The notes under the pieces: model-generated
Told to the model about the DNA's origin: nothing
The model's input: only the letters and a program-made list of their open reading frames with translations
Database searches by the model: none
Origin: a virus
Taxonomy: Duplodnaviria; Caudoviricetes
DNA length: 60,448 bases
Strand: one strand, 5' to 3'
Virus record (IMG/VR): IMGVR_UViG_3300021479_000021
Location: 1 to 60,448 of that record
Translations under genes and position numbers: made by a program
In this document: piece after piece, positions 56,744 through 60,448 of the stretch
Layout of the letters: every line of letters begins with the position of its first letter
How positions within the stretch are numbered: position 1 is the first letter of the stretch

Positions 56744-57604
56744 TTATTTTCCCTTTCCACAGTCACCAGAGAACCTTCCTTCAAACTTTTCATAATTGAC
56801 ATCATGTAGAGATTTGTAAATACCATCGGTGTCTTTTATTTTATACTGCCCGGCTGAAGTATGCATATAAACAACACCATTCAAATTAAATTCAATATTG
56901 TTTATATTGTTCCTTTGTAATATCTTTTGTGAAAATATATGAGGACAAAATATTTTATCACAACTCAAGAATAAATCATACATGTATGTAAAAGCTTCAG
57001 TAAACTTTAAAATATTTTCGGCTGAAGAAATATGTAAATTATCACCGATACCACCAGAATACCCATTAATATGTCCGATATGATTTCTATGATACAAACT
57101 ATAGTAATTATTAAAATTACCAAATACGGGTAATTTATCATTAAATAAACAGAGATCTGGTCTAACCCTAACTATCACATCATATTCTTTACCACTGTTT
57201 TTTATGAGTTCACCACCACTATGTATTTTATAAAACATGGATAAGGTATTCTTCTTACGCACTAAACAATTAGAGTGGTTTATAGCTGGAATAAAAAACT
57301 CTTCGTATTGATCACTGAGTTGATCCAACCATGGCTCCTTTTCTATAAAATTTTCTAATAAGATATGTTCAGTTTTATATAACTCTTGAAGTTCATTTAA
57401 TTCAACCTTACCAGTCATTTCTATACCATGAGAAGAATCTTGAGATTTTATATCACCGGCCTGCCAATATCCAATTTGATCCCAGGTAGAAATAAAAATA
57501 TCTTCGTTTTTAATACCATAGGGATCCATGATATTTGTTTTGATTGATTCGAAAGCTGTTTTGTATTCACGAAGCATTCCTGTTAATAATAAAGCTACTC
57601 TCAT
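56744..57604 (-). CDS. putative glycosyltransferase
   Basis: ALLLTGMLR, FISTWD, SMFYKI, YDVIVRVRPD. Confidence 0.7.
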   Translation of the reverse strand: MRVALLLTGMLREYKTAFESIKTNIMDPYGIKNEDIFISTWDQIGYWQAGDIKSQDSSHGIEMTGKVELNELQELYKTEHILLENFIEKEPWLDQLSDQYEEFFIPAINHSNCLVRKKNTLSMFYKIHSGGELIKNSGKEYDVIVRVRPDLCLFNDKLPVFGNFNNYYSLYHRNHIGHINGYSGGIGDNLHISSAENILKFTEAFTYMYDLFLSCDKIFCPHIFSQKILQRNNINNIEFNLNGVVYMHTSAGQYKIKDTDGIYKSLHDVNYEKFEGRFSGDCGKGK

Positions 57605-58233
57605 TCTATAAATCCTCTATATTTTTTTAAATGCTTCACTGTTGAAAATTGGTTCATTACATATCTATATTTTCTACGAGCGTTTAGCGAAAAAAGTATA
57701 TCCTCTTCTTCACCCCACACTCTGCTGATGTCTAAAGGTATATCAACCATTACATATTTCTTAGCCACCCAAAAACAGCCTGGTATATAGCTATAAGCTG
57801 CCAGGCTCGGATCATTATAATCAAATAGTTCATATCTTGGTATTGTTGGGTGATCCCAGGATATCCAGTCGTTGAACCTACGATTTTTAATATCTACCAC
57901 CTTATTCATGGCCACGTCCCAATCATTACCAAACTTTAAAAATCCTTCATACCAATCATCACAAAAAGAATAGTAATCATGAAAATAAACTACATTTTCA
58001 TACTTAGCTTTTTCTGTTATTAAATTCTTCTTTTTTGTAATCCAAGCATTTTTTATAGTTTCATCAAAGGGTATATGAACAACATCAGTATATTCTTCAT
58101 AAGTCTTCGTACCACCAACAATTATAAATTCATAGTTAGGAATATTTTGTTTCCTTATAGAATCAAGAATTTGTAGAATACGTTCTACTGGTGTATCATC
58201 TGTTGTTATTGTACCAAAAGTAAAATCCATATG
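57601..58233 (-). CDS. GT-A fold glycosyltransferase
   Basis: ILDSIRKQ..NYEFIIV, AKYENVVYFHDY, WGEEED. Confidence 0.7.
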   Translation of the reverse strand, partial: HMDFTFGTITTDDTPVERILQILDSIRKQNIPNYEFIIVGGTKTYEEYTDVVHIPFDETIKNAWITKKKNLITEKAKYENVVYFHDYYSFCDDWYEGFLKFGNDWDVAMNKVVDIKNRRFNDWISWDHPTIPRYELFDYNDPSLAAYSYIPGCFWVAKKYVMVDIPLDISRVWGEEEDILFSLNARRKYRYVMNQFSTVKHLKKYRGFIE

Positions 58234-58246
58234 TTGTATATATTTT

Positions 58247-59053
58247 TTAAAATGCTTGCCTATAAGTTTCTCTATTATAACCATTAGGAATTACCCAATC
58301 TACCGGATATTCAAAGAAGAAAGGACTAACCGTATCTATAATTTTGAAATTATTTATAACAGTTAAATGATAACCCATTAAAGATTCCGGATGAAATATA
58401 CAACTTTGACAATATTCATCTAACCTAAGATAAATCTCTGAATACTTATTGATTATATTAGAATTTGAAATAGCAAACATATCTGTTAGAGCAAAAGAAT
58501 TAACATCTTTGAAATGCCAGTAAGTAGGCATTATTATATCACCCACTTTAGTATTGTTTAACTCATATTCAGTGAAGGATCTCTCAAAGAAACAATCCGT
58601 CCTCAATCGAATCACAATATCATATTTAACACCTGTTTTATATTCATGTTCTTTTTTAAGTTCATTACATTTATAAATTTTATAAAATTGATTAACGATA
58701 GAAAAAACACTCACTTCTGGTCTTTTATTATATGAATAAACAGGATTTGGAATAATTACTTGATTATCTATAATATAATTTATTGGATTGTAAAGTTTTA
58801 TTATATCTGTATCATCTTCATCAGGCGTACTACTTGATGAAACATATAAAAACACATCAGCATTTAAAGGTTCGATTACATATCTCCTTAGAAATTCTGC
58901 GGTATGCCTGAAATTTCTTAGTTTACCGGAAACACAAATAGCAACTTTGAAATTGTTTAAAGGCTTTAATACATCACCTTCTCTTAAGTCTTGTACAGTT
59001 TTATCAGTCATAATTGTATTTATTTCAAACAAAAATATATCTTTTATCATCAA
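58247..59053 (-). CDS. putative glycosyltransferase (paralog of 56744..57604)
   Basis: AICVSGKLR, NQFYKI, YDIVIRLRTD. Confidence 0.7.
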   Translation of the reverse strand: MMIKDIFLFEINTIMTDKTVQDLREGDVLKPLNNFKVAICVSGKLRNFRHTAEFLRRYVIEPLNADVFLYVSSSSTPDEDDTDIIKLYNPINYIIDNQVIIPNPVYSYNKRPEVSVFSIVNQFYKIYKCNELKKEHEYKTGVKYDIVIRLRTDCFFERSFTEYELNNTKVGDIIMPTYWHFKDVNSFALTDMFAISNSNIINKYSEIYLRLDEYCQSCIFHPESLMGYHLTVINNFKIIDTVSPFFFEYPVDWVIPNGYNRETYRQAF

Positions 59054-59153
59054 AAGGTCTCATATCAGCATCACCATGTTTCGGATTTTCATAATAAGGC
59101 CATTTATTTGCTTTGATAGGAAAATATATTTTTTTAGACAAAAATTTCAGAAA

Positions 59154-59960
59154 CTAAGTTTGAATAAATCTTAAAAAATTATCATACCAATCTGCCTGGT
59201 AAGCTTCTATCTTATCCTTATTTTCAAGATATACAATAGCGAAAACGGATTGTTCACAATCAATAAGGTTTTTATTTAATGCCCGTTCTAAGACTTCTGT
59301 ACATTTTTCATCAAACCAATTAAAAGCTTCTGAAGTACCAGGTATACAACCGGCACCAAACCGGTTTGTATGAGATTTAAAAAACCATTCCAAATTCAAA
59401 TCTCTTTGCTCAGGAAGACTCCTACACAATAATCTTATCCTATTATCATCCAATATTTTTATCTTCTCATCATTAGGATAATAAGCATTTAAAAGAGTCT
59501 CTGGAAAATGTTGATGACATATACCAGCATCCACCCACATAAAATAGTTACTTTTAAATAAATTTTCTTTAATAACCTCACAAACAATAGGTACTTTAGA
59601 ATGAATTACTACACTATAATAAGGCGAGCAAACTTCAGGAACATCTGGTAGAACCAAACCATTTCTGAAATTAGGATCATACATTATCTCTTTTATTCTT
59701 TCAAAATACTTATATGCTGGTAAGTCAGGTATTTCTATTTGGACAATTTTAGTGTATTTTAATTCTGGATCAATCTTTAATCTTTCTTGCTTTACAAAAT
59801 CAATAGTTTTCTCCTGTACATAAATATACATAGAACATTTTAATGATAACATATTCTTAAAATATCTAAGATATTCTTCCCAGCTTCTTACATAATTACT
59901 CCATAGATGTCTATCAACATCGAATAAGCCGGTTACTATGGTACAGTTAGTATTAAACAT
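59154..59960 (-). CDS. HtrL/WlaTC-like glycosyltransferase
   Basis: TIVTGLFD, YFMWVDAG, DCEQ. Confidence 0.7.
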   Translation of the reverse strand: MFNTNCTIVTGLFDVDRHLWSNYVRSWEEYLRYFKNMLSLKCSMYIYVQEKTIDFVKQERLKIDPELKYTKIVQIEIPDLPAYKYFERIKEIMYDPNFRNGLVLPDVPEVCSPYYSVVIHSKVPIVCEVIKENLFKSNYFMWVDAGICHQHFPETLLNAYYPNDEKIKILDDNRIRLLCRSLPEQRDLNLEWFFKSHTNRFGAGCIPGTSEAFNWFDEKCTEVLERALNKNLIDCEQSVFAIVYLENKDKIEAYQADWYDNFLRFIQT

Positions 59961-59968
59961 TAAAAACT

Positions 59969-60448
59969 TCAATAAATTTTTTCTATTTGATAATAATCAT
60001 CATAAAATTTGAATTTGAAATTTTTTGCACTTTTTTGTTTACCCTTAATAACTGCTGATATGTTACTTGATAAAATGTTTAATTCTTTACACGCTTCTGT
60101 GAACGAATCAAATATTTTTATAAAATTACCATTTTTATCCAATTGTATTATCTTCTTTCGAATACTTGAAGGTCGTTTATTATTAGCACATATAGGACAA
60201 CCACAACCTCTAGTTCTTACAGATACACTAGTTAAATATGGTGGATGATTTAAACCAGCTGGACAATCCCAATAAAACTTTTCTGTGACACCAAAAGTAA
60301 TACTATCTGGTGATACACTACCATTATGTTGACTATTCCATTGTGAAGCAACTTCTGGGTGTGTAAACACAATACTTTTTTCTTTTTTGCTAGTATTAAT
60401 AAAAATATTAGTTTCTTTTCTATCTTTTTCATAATCAAAATTAACAGA
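59969..60448 (-). CDS. homing-endonuclease-associated Zn-ribbon + NUMOD1 protein, 5' end outside window
   Basis: HPEVASQW...WDCP..H...GCPIC; IIQLDKNGNFIKIFDSFTEA; frame open to the edge. Confidence 0.75.
   Translation of the reverse strand, partial: SVNFDYEKDRKETNIFINTSKKEKSIVFTHPEVASQWNSQHNGSVSPDSITFGVTEKFYWDCPAGLNHPPYLTSVSVRTRGCGCPICANNKRPSSIRKKIIQLDKNGNFIKIFDSFTEACKELNILSSNISAVIKGKQKSAKNFKFKFYDDYYQIEKIY

Noticed and set aside
1860-60438. Many short ORFs antisense to or nested in longer genes (e.g. 9968..10465, 24016..24228, 36148..36342, 46954..47187, 60009..60248)
   Set aside because: Shadow frames of well-supported genes, with F/I/L/S-biased composition and no motifs

Overview
AT-rich, gene-dense segment of a large (jumbo/huge) tailed dsDNA phage. 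Markers are a T4 gp17-like terminase large subunit, homing endonucleases, a tRNA and a glycosyltransferase cluster. The host is probably a Bacteroidota bacterium (BACON + T9SS-CTD protein, TTTG-N19-21-TAnnTTTG promoters). The standard genetic code appears to be used. The main discovery is a module present three times (5706-6056, 15937-16450, 26301-26617). In each, a small ~85-aa orphan gene runs directly into a CRISPR-like array of 36-nt repeats and 30-nt spacers, and the first repeat encodes the protein's conserved C-terminus (MLKHLNWRPETP). The repeat resembles type VI-B (Cas13b) direct repeats and no cas gene is recognisable in the window. One spacer is a perfect 30/30 match, antisense to the mRNA, to the phage's own nucleotidyltransferase gene 3.6 kb away. 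Also notable: about 10 genes share a T4-like capsid-targeting N-terminus, three large paralogs have swapped C-terminal domains, a bipartite phage promoter motif recurs, there is a solo TnpB, and several genes are candidate anti-defence factors (alarmone hydrolase, Panacea, Pth2, tRNA). All calls are by eye from motifs; no database searches were run.
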